NCBI RefSeq assembly: GCF_009914755.1
Contig: NC_060928.1
Length of the DNA: 64,000 nt
Strand: one strand, 5' to 3'
Source: the human T2T-CHM13v2.0 reference genome, Homo sapiens
Positions within the stretch are counted from its first letter, which is position 1. The number at the start of each line of letters is the position of its first letter. Shown here one piece after another: positions 26,271-39,660 of the stretch. Position numbers and translations under genes: made by a program. The notes under the pieces are model-generated. The model saw only the letters and a program-made list of their open reading frames with translations. It did not search any database and was not told the DNA's origin.

Positions 26271-28476
26271 TAGCATTATTGAGTGACACATATTCACGTC
26301 ACATCACTCATGATATAAAGGTGGAATTTTCAACTACTGAATTAACAAAGCTATTATCTGTGTCTTCTTTTGAATGACATACATATATTAATTAATTACT
26401 AGACAAACTCAATGGATTTAACTAAAATAATAATTATAAAATTTGTGTGTTATAAAGGAGAGAAGGAGTTTATTCACTACGTAAGAAAAGACAAAAGATA
26501 AGTAGATTTACCTGTTCTGTTGTGGCTCTAAAAATTAAGTTTTTTGCCCATGTCTTTTCATAGTGCATAAGCTCTTTCATTAAGCTGATATTATACTGTG
26601 CTATTATTTGCAATATTCTGGAGGAAATTCATATAACTAAATGTCTATTTTATAATTTGATTTTTTTAAGAAAAAGAATTTAAAAATTAAGGACTATAGT
26701 CAATATTTATTTAGAATAAAAAAGAAATCAGAACAAATGTTAACTTGTAAAAAATGGACAAATACCACAAACATAGCACAATCCATGGAATAATGTAAGA
26801 AGTTTATAAACTTTAGGATGCATAGCTATATTTTTTCTGAATTTTGTTATAATTAATAATTTTGAAACATATACCAAATTATTCGGAATATGGGTGACAC
26901 ACTGGAGCAATTCATGTTTTTTTTTAGTTGCTTCATTATATTGAAGAACTTACATAACAAATTAGTCTTATACTACTCACGCAGACCCATTGATGAGTAC
27001 GTGTAGGACATTTGTCAGTGACACATTTTTTTATGTCTCTTTTGCTCTTTCAGCCACAAATTTGCATGCTGTTTTACCTGGATCTTGCAGGTATTGTCAG
27101 GACAAGATGTGTCAGAGATTATAAGATGCTATGAGTTTATGAGGGTGTCAAGGTGAATAAAACATACTTAATCATTGAGAGGCAAAAGTACTATTTGCAA
27201 TATTTCCGCAAGTGTGTTCCCTACCAACACAGGATCTATGAAAGTTACTCATTGAGATTCTCATCCAAAAAGAAAAAAGTGTATAGATAATTTATAATTA
27301 TGCATGTTGCATTAGCAAATATATTTCTGATAGGTGAGAAACTATTCAGCTAGGTATTCATGAGAATAAAATTTTCCACTTAACATTCTAAGTTCACAAC
27401 GAAAAAAGAAATTTCCACAGACTTGTTTTGGGCTTCATACTTTTTAAATTTCTTTCTCCTCTACTATCCACCTATTTCTGGGGCAGGAAAAACATAGGAC
27501 ACAGATTGCAGTATGACTTCTGACCCTGCATTTTTGCATCAGAAATCTGGAGAAGTCTGCACAAGAGATGTCCTGGAAGCCTTTCTTATATATTGATTGT
27601 GCCCAGCAATTACTTCACTTGGCACAGCAGTGAACATGAACCACAGGAACACATCCCACTGAACTCGCCTCTGCTTAAGTGGGTTCCCCAAGTGCCACTG
27701 CTACTCCAATGCCACCAGATAGGAGCATTGTCAAAACAAAGTCTATATCAAAGCAGCAAGTCAACAGATTGCAAGTCAACAGATTGCACTTCAAATAGCT
27801 TTCTCCGCATGCTTGACAAAAAAATAATAATAATAATCATGGGAACACCTATGTACGGCACTTCTGAGGGCCCTGAGATAGGCCTGTGCCAGTGAGAGGA
27901 CCTGAAAGTTACATTTTACTAACTTGAGAGTAACTACATTCACCACACACAAGAAATAGCTAAAAATGCTGCAGTAGAACAAACTCAGAAATAGGAGAAA
28001 AATTGTCAGGCCAAATGTTAAAAGCTCACCCTCTTCTGTTTTTCTTTTTGATGTAAGCACCTGCTTCTAGGATATGCTTTCGAGAGGAAATAATTCCCTT
28101 CTGCAATGTTGGTTCTAGATGACTGAATGTTTCCATTTAGGCTGTACCAAAAGACGTTTTCTATTAGCTCTACCTTTAAGAACCTAATTTTGGCACACCC
28201 AGAAAAATAACAGAAACATGCAATAAAAATAATTCAAGGAATCAACAGTTAGATTAATTCTGGAATGGAACTAGACTATGTGGTATTGAATAACTATTTG
28301 GTACACTTCAAAAATACCTAGAAATAAATGGAAAAATCAAGGGATCATTTCTGAAAAACAAAAGAAAGAGCAAACAAATAAGGGCTTTATAACTACTTAA
28401 ACTAGATCTGTCTCAAATTGATTCTATAATTTGGTTCCGTGACAAATCAATGTTTGATAAATATTTATAAGGATAA

Positions 28477-28911
<435 letters not shown>

Positions 28912-29208
28912 TGATGTATTTGATGCCCAGGAGTTTCTAATTTTTATGTAGTAAAATTTATCACATTCCTCTTTTGTGGGTCCTTCCTCCTCCCATCCCA
29001 TTATATATACTGCTAAAATGTTTTTCTCTATCCAAAAGTGCACAATTCAAATTGTATCTTTTTATATTTAGACTTATGTATACTTTTGAAAAATTCTAAT
29101 AGGCTTACTTTAGATTTAGAATTTTTAAAAACTTAATTGAGGCTATATTGTTGAGAAATTTAACTTTTTAAATTTTCACAAATGCTGTTAAGATTAGAAC
29201 TTGAATAT

Positions 29209-29509
<301 letters not shown>

Positions 29510-29964
29510 TTAGAACTTGAATATGTTTTTATATACTCCCCTGCTTTCCTATCCATGATTGATTTTTAAAAATAATTTGGATTTTAGAACTTGCCTGTTA
29601 TTATTCAATTGCTAATATTGTAGCTAAGGTGTATAATGTATACACCTTCTCATTTAATGAATGTATTTTAGCAGTTGAGTTTAATTCTGTTGATGTGCAT
29701 TGCACTGATTTTGACAACTCATTATGTACTGGGTTTCAAGTGCTTCCTGCAAGTCTGTTTACAACTCCAATTTCTTTTCACTTAATTTTTTACTTATGAA
29801 TTATATTTCAATAAGGAGAACTATAGCTTAGAATATATTTTTGCAGAAATATACATGCATGACATATTTGATAATATTACAAGAGAAGTTCATTTATTTG
29901 CCATTACATATAAATTGTCACTTGGACCTTTATAGAATGTTTAGTGTGATAAACATTTTCTAAA

Positions 29965-32389
29965 TAGAAAGAGTGGAAGTCAAATTCTCTCTCTCTCTCC
30001 AGATGAAATAATTGCCTGCCTGGAAAACTCCACAGTATCTGTCCAAATGCTCTTAGAACTAATAAACAACTTCAGCAAAGTTTCAGGTTACGAAAGATTT
30101 TTGTTGGTGGTGGTTTTTATTGTTCTTTTGTTCTTTTTTGTTTTTGTCTTTTATCTTTTTGTTTAATTTTTTTTGTAGGATACAAAATCAGTGTATGTAT
30201 TAGTATGTTTTCATACTGCTATGAAGAACTACCCCAAACTGGGTAATTTATAAAAGAAAGTGGTTTAATTGAGTCACAGTTCCACATGGCTGGGGAGGCC
30301 TCAGGAAACTTACAATCATGGTGGAAGGCAAAGGGAAAGCATGGCACCTTCTTTACAAAGTGGCAGGAAGAAGTGCCAAGCAAAAGGGGAAGAGCCCCTT
30401 ATAAAACCATCAGATCTCATGAGAATTCACTCACTATCATGAGAACAGAATGGGGGAAACTGCAACCATGATTCAATCACCTCCACCTGGTCTCTCCCTT
30501 GACACCTAGTGATTATGGGGATTACTATTCAAGATGACATTTGGGTAGGGATACAAAGCCTTACTATATCAATGTATAAAAATCATCAGCATTTCTACAC
30601 ACCAATAATGTCCAAGCTGACAGCCAAATCAATAACAAAATTCCACTCACAATACTCACAAAAAGAATAAAATACCTAGGAATACAGCTATCCAGAGAGG
30701 TGAAAGATCTCCACAAGGAGAATTACAAAACATTGCTTAAAGAAATCAGAGACAACATAAAGAAATGGAAAAACATTCCATGCTCATGGATAGGAAGAAT
30801 CAATATTGTTAAAATAGCCATGTTACCCAAAGCATTTTACAGATTCAATGCTATTCCTGTCAAATTACCAGTGACATTTTCCACAGAATTACAAGCAGCT
30901 ATTCTAAAATTCATATGGAACCAAAAAAGACACTGAATAGACATAGCAATCCTAAGCAAAAAGAACAAAGCTGCAGGCACCACACTACCTGACTTCAAAC
31001 TATACTACAAGACTATGGTAAGAAAAACAGCATGGTACTGGTACAAAAACAGACACATAGACCAATGGAACAGCATAGAGAGCCCACAAATAAAGCCAAA
31101 CACCTACAACCATATGATCTTGACCAAAGCTGTCAAAGACAAGCAATGGGGAAAGGACTTTCCATTTGATAAATGGTGTTGAGATAACTGGCTAGCCATA
31201 TACAAGAGATAGAAATTGGATGCCTTCATTTACCACATGTAAAAATCAACTTAAGATGGATTGATGACTTAAATGTAAAACCTAAGATTATAAGCCTGAG
31301 AAGAAAATCTAGGAAGTGCCATTCTGGACATTGGCCCTGGCAAAGATTTAATGATGAAGACTCTAAAAGCAATCACACAAAAACAAAAAAATTGACAAGT
31401 GGGACCTAATTAAACAAAAGAGCTTCTGTATGAAAGGAAACTATCAACAGAATAAAAGAATCAACAGAATAAACGGAATCAACTATCAATAGAATAAACA
31501 GATAACCTACAGAATGGAAGAAAATATTTGCAAACTAAGCATCTGACAAAGGTCTCATATCCAGAATCTATAAGGAAATTAAATAATCAACAAGCAAAAA
31601 ATAATCCCCTTAAAAAAGAACAGCCACTTCTCAAAAGAAGATACACACATAGCCAACAAGTATATGAAAAAATGTTCAACATCACTAATCACTGGAGAAA
31701 TGCAAGTCAAAACCACACTGAGATACCACCTCTCACTATTAAAAAAATAACTTAAAAAAAAAACAGATGCTGGTGAGGCTTTGGAGAAAAGAAAACACTT
31801 AGACTGCTGGTGGAAATGTATAAAACAGAACTACCATTTGACTCAGCAATCCCATTACTGGGTATATACACAAAGGAATATAAATCATTCTGTCATAAAG
31901 ATACATGCACGTGTGTGTTCATCGCGGCACTATTCACAATAGCAAAGAGAGGGAATCAACCTACATGCCTATCAATGGTAGAGTATATAAAGAAAATGTG
32001 GTGCAAATACACCATGGGATAATATGCATCCAGAAAAAAAAAAATGAAATTGCGTCCTTTGCAGCAACATGAATGGAGCTGGAGGCCATTTTCCTGAGCC
32101 AATGAATGCAGGAACAGAAAACCAAATACTGCATGTTTTCACTTATAAGTGGGAGCTAAACACTGAGTACACATGGACACAAAGAAGGGAACAACAGACA
32201 CTCAGGACTGCTAGAGGGTGGATGATGGAAGGAGAGCGAGGATCAAAATGCTATCTATCTAGTACTATGCTCATTACCCAGGTGACAAAATAATCTGTAC
32301 ACCAAACCCCCACAATGCAAAATTTACCTATTAACAAATCTTCACATGTACCTCTTGAGCCTAAAATAAAAGTTGGAAAGAAAAAAAAA
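29965..32389 (+). mobile_element. 5'-truncated L1 (L1PA15/16-like): ORF2 3' half, 3'UTR and A tail
   Basis: ORF 30700-30936 is L1 ORF2 peptide ([17 protein letters not shown]...[16 protein letters not shown]); ends cctaaaataaaagttggaaag(A)n. Confidence 0.92.
30196..30571 (-). mobile_element. THE1C/D solo LTR inserted in the L1
   Basis: tgtattag...tatatca termini; 5-bp TSD gtgta/atgta splitting the L1 motif aaaatcaatgta. Confidence 0.9.
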
Positions 32390-32550
32390 TTACAGATGTG
32401 ATTTTATTGATGTTACCACCTTCTGGTATTGTGTAAAGAAGACATTGAGATCTTCCTGTTCCATTAACAGAATCACTTTTGTTGCTTTGTTGTGTTAGAT
32501 TTTGTTTGTTGTTTGCTCATTTTGCTGAGATATTTGAAGATTAGATGAGA

Positions 32551-32961
32551 AAAGATTATTTTGCCAAGGTTGAGGACACACCCGTGACACAGCCTGAGGA
32601 AGTCCTGATGACCTGTGCTCAAGGTGGTTGGGGCACAGCTTGGTTTTATACATTTTAGGGAGACATGAGACATCAATCAATATGTGTAAGAAGTACATCG
32701 GCTCCGTCTGGAAAGGCGGGACAACTTGAAGTAAAGGCAGGAAGACTTGAAGCAGGAGGGAGCTTTCAGGTCAGACAGGTGAAACTCAAACCACTGTGTT
32801 TTTTTGTTTCTCATTAGCCTTTCCAAAGGAGGCAATCAGATATGCATCTATCTCAGTGAGCAGAGGGGTGACTTTGAATAGAATTGGAGGCCGGTTTGCC
32901 TTAAGCAGTTTCCAGCTTGAGTTTTTTAGTGATTTGGGGGGCCCAAGATATTTTCCTTTCA
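32551..32961 (-). mobile_element. MER4A/MER4A1-like ERV1 LTR (partial)
   Basis: ttttgccaaggttgaggac...cagcttggttttatacattttagggagacatgagacatcaatc...gggcccaagatattttcctttca. Confidence 0.8.
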
Positions 32962-33059
32962 AAGGGCATTTCAAAGGGGCATGTGAGATAAAGGATTGGA
33001 ACTAAATATAATATGTTTCCCTAATTAAGATTATCCAGTGGATACAGTGAATCTGATGA

Positions 33060-33449
<390 letters not shown>

Positions 33450-34983
33450 GAAAAATTGATATTTCATAGCAAGAGGGCACCCTCCGTTGTAATAGGACCG
33501 AAGAAGGAGAAGAGGGAAAATGCCGCTGGTGGGCAGGTTTAGAGGAGGGAAAATTAAAAGGCTTCTGATGTCTTCTGTTTTTCTCAACTAAATTTGAATC
33601 TTGGTTATTAGTCAGGAAAGGATGGAGAAGGAAGTGATATAGACTTAAGCCAAAATAAAGTGTGAAATTATTAGTTTTTGAAAATTAGAAAATCCTATTA
33701 GAGAAACAGAAGAATTGTTTGAAGTCATACATTTAAATTTAAAGAAGTCCACTTAGTTCTGTTTCTACGTAAATATAAGTATGCATATAAATGTATATAT
33801 TTTATTTCATCATGAACATGATGTGGATGTAATTATTGTCAATTTAAAAACAATCATATTTGGCCCTGATTACATGTTTCATCAGTGTCAGAATACTACA
33901 TTCAGTACAACGAAAAATGTGAATCAGACTAAGAGACTTCTAAAAATAATCCCAGCATTATTTGAGGTTTCCCATTCTGATTTATTTGTGTGGTTTCAGG
34001 ATTTATCAGATAGCCTGTCACCTAGCAGACATGTTAAATGTCACAAATTCTTTTTAATAGAATCCAGTTATATATACCTTCCACAGGACAGAAGCCATAC
34101 CATTTACCTGTATATTTCATAAATAATGAAAAGTTAGTGGGTGTATGTAAAATTCTAGGATTGAATTTCTGACTAACTTGAATATCACATTAACAGAATA
34201 CATATTTTCAAACCTCTGGATTATAGTAAAAGTTGACTTTACTTGATTACTATTTGTTTTCATAAGAATTACTTCTACCCTGAGTCTAAAAAAATTAGAA
34301 ATTAACATAACAATACCATCGCCAAATTAACATTTTTTCCTAGAAGGTATGATTCTTTTCAAAATATTAGAAACTTAAAGCATAATATATTTCACAAAAA
34401 TATCCATAAATAAATGGAATAATTAAATGTTCTTTTTAAAAAAATAATGGAATGCATTTAGGTAGGTTTAAAAATTACAAAATACAAATCCTGTGCCAAA
34501 GTCTGGAATGCTGTAGACTGGTTCACATGAACATGTTAGAATTGCAGGGTTTTTTAAATCAATACTTCTAAGCATGTAGATACTTGTACAGAAGTATGAT
34601 GTCATACAGAAATGTACCATGATATTTACAACTGACAAAACATACAGAAAATACATTAAAATAATTTTATTAAAAACTATATTTTAAGATCTTATGAAAA
34701 CTGTAACTTTATTGACTGCATCACCCCTAGTAAGTCTAAATTTGAAATTACAGCATCTTTAACATTTCTGGAAACAGATGGCATTATTCATTGTTGTGTA
34801 GCATTTTACTTCAAGATGGTCACTTGTTACCCTAAGATCTGAGGTGAAGTGACAAAAACGTAAATTTTCTACAAGAAAATCTCTTAACAGAGATTTATTT
34901 CCTTCTTAGTGGCTTTCATTTCATTTTAAATCCAGACTAAATTCTGCAGATCAGCCACTTCCACCTATCTTACTATATGAAGA

Positions 34984-35392
34984 TGTTATATTAGAAAAAC
35001 TTTAGACAAATTAAATTTAACAGAGTTTATTTGAGCAAAGAACAATTCACAAATAAGGTAACACTCAGAACCAGAAGCAGTTTAGAGAGCTTTATTTATT
35101 TTTTTTTTTTTTGGCATTGTGGCCAGTGAGTACTTGTAGACAGAAAATAGAAGTAAAGTAGTAAAGTATTATACGATAGTTTGATTGCTTATTGATCAGT
35201 TGGCACAGTTGGCAGCATGTGACTGGCTGAAGCTTGGCTGCTTTTGATTGGCTGAGACCCAAATATACATTACAAAGAATACACTAAATTAAGTTTTGGT
35301 TTCATTCCATGCTAGGTTAGGTTGCAGTTCTTTGGGTAGGAACTCAAAATATAGAGATAGCCTCAAGCCAATGGTCTCCTACTTATTTAACA
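34984..35392 (-). mobile_element. ERV1 solo LTR (MER57/LTR54-like)
   Basis: tgtta...aaattaaatttaacagagtttatttgagcaaag...gattggctgagac...ttaggttgcagttc...tatttaaca. Confidence 0.7.
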
Positions 35393-36723
35393 GTTCTGAT
35401 TATTTAATGTCCTTTAAAAAACATCTAACATTGTCCTGTCCTATGGAGGCTTGGAGTTTTGCATCTTTATTTTAACTTTCAGTGACTTCAAAGTGAACTT
35501 TTAACTCAGTCTTGTTAAATTGGATACTTTTGTGAAAAAGATCCCAAAGGTTAAGAGAAAATAACCCAAATGTAAACATGCATAAAATGTCTTTAATGTA
35601 TTTTCCTGCATATTCTAATATAGTGACTTGGTAGATATGCTTGCTAAGAACTTCCTTATTTCAAAGATTTGAAAGATTGATTTTAAAAGCAATGAAAGGC
35701 AGAGACCAGCAGGCTGTGTGGTTCAAGACCTCTACAAGGTGGTAAGCTGTTCTAACTGCAGAAAAATTGAATATCTGGACAAAAAGCTTTCCAGCACTTT
35801 CACTGGCATGATTTCATAGCCTCCATCTCTTTAAAAATAAAAAAAAAAAAACTCTTAAGAACTCGATTCTGACTTTTAATATTAACCCGCATTTTTTTCC
35901 ACTTCTGCAATTTCAAGGTGAAAATGGATTTAAAATTTCATTCTTAGAATCAACACTGGTAGACTTCCACTCTGATTAACTATAACAGAGACAGAATGCA
36001 CAAAAGAGATTGAAAACCTTTAGACTCTAGAGTTTTTAAGGATGTTTTAAAGCTATACGAGTACTTTATTTACTAAGCGATTTCTATTATTCACTCTTGC
36101 TACCTTTGGCGAAGTGGAAAATTCTTACATAATAATAAAAAAATCACTATACAACAGAATCTTTGCCTCTCAGACAAGTATTCCACATATTTTGCACTAT
36201 ATGATTAAGACTTTTGATATTGGTCATGATTGTCCCTTTTGTAATGACTTATTTTAGATGATTTTTTTCCTCAAAATTATGGAGAAAACTCATAAAATTT
36301 GCTGGACAACAAATTACTGTGTGATATTTAATTCATTTGAAAGAGACACTATTTTTTACAGGGAGTTTAGTTTATGATTTATTGGTTCTATCTGTACATA
36401 TAAAGCAAAATTTTCATACAGTTTATACACCAAAACATTAACAAATTACTCTAGATGGCTGGAGTGAAGTATTAAAAGTAGCAGATGTTCTGTAGATTAC
36501 AAAGCATTGGTGTTTACGTTCTATTTGAATGATCCCTTGTGCCAAAAATGCTTCATTGTGTTTTGTTGCCAAGTGACTTTTCCTGGAAACTCAGTCCTCC
36601 TTGTTTTCCATGATATCAATCTTCTATGTTTCCAGCTGATCTTTCTCAATCTCCTTCTTGAGCACCTCCTCTTCTATCTATGCCTTAAAGATGGCTGAGC
36701 ATACAGGCTGCATGTAAGGACCT

Positions 36724-39165
36724 TGATATGGTTTGGATCTGTGTCCCTGACCAAATCTCATGTCAATTTGTAATCTCCAATGCTAAAAGTGGAATCTGGT
36801 GGGAGGACATTGGATCATGGGTGCAGTTTCTCATGGTTTAACACCTTCCCCCTGTGGTGCTATCATTGTGGTAATGAGTTCTCATAAGTACTGGTTGTTT
36901 AAAAGTGTGTACCATCTCTCTGCTCTGTCTCTCTTGCTCCTGTTCCGGTCATGTAAGACATGACTGCTTCTCCTTCACCTTCTGCCATGTTTCCTGAGGC
37001 CTCCCTAGAAGCCAAGCAGATGCCATCATTGTGCTTCCTTTACAGCCTGTGGAACTGTGAGCCAATTAAACATCTTTTCTTTATAAATTACACAGTCTCA
37101 GGTATTTCTTTACACCAATGCGAGAACAAACTAATACAGAAAATTGGTATCAAGGAGAAGGGCATTGCTATAAAGACACCTGAAAATGTGGAAGCAGCTT
37201 TGGAACTGGATAATAGACAGAGTTTGAAAGGGTATGAAGCACTCAGAAGAGGACAGGAAGATGAGGGAAATTTTAGAACTTCTTAGAGACTTGTTTAATT
37301 ATTGTGACCAAAATGCTGATAGTGATATGGACAATGAAGTCCAGTCTGAGGAGGTCTCAAATGGAAATAAGAAACTTATTAGGAGCTGGAACATTCACTT
37401 TTGTTATATTTTAACAAAGAGGCTGGGTGCATTGTGGCCCTGCTTTAGGGACCTGTGGAACTTTGAACTTGAGAGAGATAATTTAGGATATCTGTTGGAA
37501 GAAATTTTGAAGCAGCAGAGCATTGAAGATGTGGCCTGGCTTTTTCTAACAACCTATGCTCATATGGGTGAGCAACGAAATGACCTGAAACTGGAACTTA
37601 TATTTAAAAGGAAAGCAGAGAATGAAAGTTTAGAAAATTTGCAGCCTGGCCATGTGCTAGAAAAGAAAAGCCCATTTTCAGAGGAGGAATTCAAGCAGGT
37701 TGCAGAAATTTGCAAAAGTAAAGAGAAGCTAATTGTCAATAGCCAAGACAATGGGGAGAAGGCCTCAAAGGCATTTCAGAGACCATCCTGGCAGTCCCTC
37801 CCACCATAGGCATAAAGGCCTAGGAGGACAGAATGGTTTTGTGGGCCCTACTCAGGGCCCCACTGCCATTTTCAACCTTGGGACATTGCTCCATGCATAC
37901 CATCTGCTCCAGTTCCAGCCATGGCTAAAATGGGTCCAGGCACAGCTGGGGCTGCTGCATCAGGGAGTGCAAGCCATAGGCCTTGGTGGCTTCCACATGG
38001 CATTAAGCCTTAGGGCGCACAGAGTGTAAGAGCTGAGGCTTGGTATCTTCTGCCTAGATTTCACAGGATATATGGAAAAGCCTGGATATCCAGGCATAAG
38101 CCTGCTCAGGGGTGGAGCCCACATGGAGAACTTCTACTAGAGTAGTGCAAAGGAGAAACATGGGGTTGGAGCCCCCACACAGAGTATCCACTGGGGCACT
38201 GTCCAGTGGAGCTGAGAGAAGAGGGCCACCAACCTCCAGACCTCAGAATGGTACATCCACTGGCAGCCTACACCCTGAGCCTGGAAAAGCCATAGGCACT
38301 CAATGTCAGTTCTTGAGAGCAGCCCTTGGGGATGAACCCTGAAAAGCCACAGGGGCAGAGCTACCCAAAACCCTGGGAGTCCAACCCTTGCGTCAGTATT
38401 CTCTGGATGTGGGAGATGGAGTCAAAGGGGGTTGTTTTGGAGCTTTAAAATTTAATGACTGCCTGTTGGGTTTTGGACTTGCGTGGGGCCTGTAGCCCCT
38501 TTCTTTTAGCCAGTTTTTCCCTTTTGGAATCAGAGTATTCACCCAATACCCATACCTCTATTGTATCTTCAATGTAACTAACTTTTTTTTTTATTTTACA
38601 GGCTCATAGGTGCAAAGGATTGGCCGTGTCTCAGATGAGACTTTAGACTTTGGACACGTGAGTTAATACTTGAATGAGTTAAGACCTTGGGGGGACTGTT
38701 GGGAAGGCATGATTGTATTTTAAAATGTGAGAAGGACATGAGATTTGAGAGAGGTCAAGGGTGGAATAATATAGTTTGATGTGTATCCACACCCAATATC
38801 AATTTGTAATCCCCAGTGCTGGAGTGGCACCTGGTGGGAGGTCATTGGATAATGGATGTGGTTTCTTGTGGTTTAATGCCATCTCCCTTTGGTGCTGTCA
38901 TCATGATAGTGAGTTCTCGTGAGATCTGATTGTTTAAAAGTGTGTAGCATCTCTCCCCATCCTTTGCTCCTGCTCTGGCCATGTAAGATATGCCTGCTCC
39001 CCTTTACCTTCCATCATGATTGTAAGTTTCCTGAGGCCTCTCCTGAAGTCAAGCAGATTGCCAGCATTGTGCGTCCTATACAGCCTGTGGAACCATGAGC
39101 TAATTAAACCTCTTTTCTTTATAAGTTACCCATCTCAGGTATTTCTTTATAGCAGTGCAAGAAGA
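36724..39165 (+). mobile_element. Full-length MSTA MaLR retroelement (5' LTR 36724-37138, internal 37139-38766, 3' LTR 38767-39165)
   Basis: Two direct LTRs flank an MST internal region; 5-bp TSD gacct (36719-36723 / 39166-39170); inserted into an L2. Confidence 0.92.
37234..37809 (+). pseudogene. Decayed MaLR internal ORF remnant (191 codons)
   Basis: Peptide aligns by eye to the THE1D-int ORF 25055-25528 (SEEDRKM..LEL...DMDNEVQ.E.....LWNFE..RD.LGYL..EI.KQQSI). Confidence 0.7.
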
Positions 39166-39170
39166 GACCT

Positions 39171-39660
39171 CTTCTGTTCTCACTTCCATATTTATTTTAT
39201 GTGATGTTACTTATCACCTACACGCTAGAGATTCCCAAACTTTCATTTTCGGTTTGAGCCTGTCTCTCAAGCCCTCAGTGTGTATAACTGTAGTAGACAG
39301 CCTATCTGACAATTCTATGTATTTGTTCCATAAGTTTCTAAGTTCTCCAGAAAGCTCCTCCTTTCTCCCTCCTGTGATTTTCACCATAATGGGAGGCATC
39401 TTTGTCCATCAAGTTGTCATAATATGCAACCTCAAAATCAGCATTGTCCCTTTCTATGCCCATACTTCCCGGATATAATTACTCACTAAGTCCTATTGAT
39501 TCTGTGTGTTTAATATTTCATAAATCTTTCCACTGTTGTCCTCCCATGTTGCCACTGTCTTGGTTTACACACTGACTTCTGTCACCAGAGATAATGTAAC
39601 TTCCTTCTCCCTGGTGCCTCTGCTCTAGTCCTGTTTCCACTTAGGCAGTCTTTCTCATAA
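39171..39660 (+). mobile_element. L2 remnant (continues from ~36640, upstream of the MSTA)
   Basis: cacctacacgctagagattcccaaact, cactaagtcctattgattct, ccctggtgcctctgctctagtc. Confidence 0.55.

Noticed and set aside
31440-31505. Triplicated atcaacagaataaa unit in the L1
   Set aside because: Ordinary local slippage in a dead L1 with no functional implication
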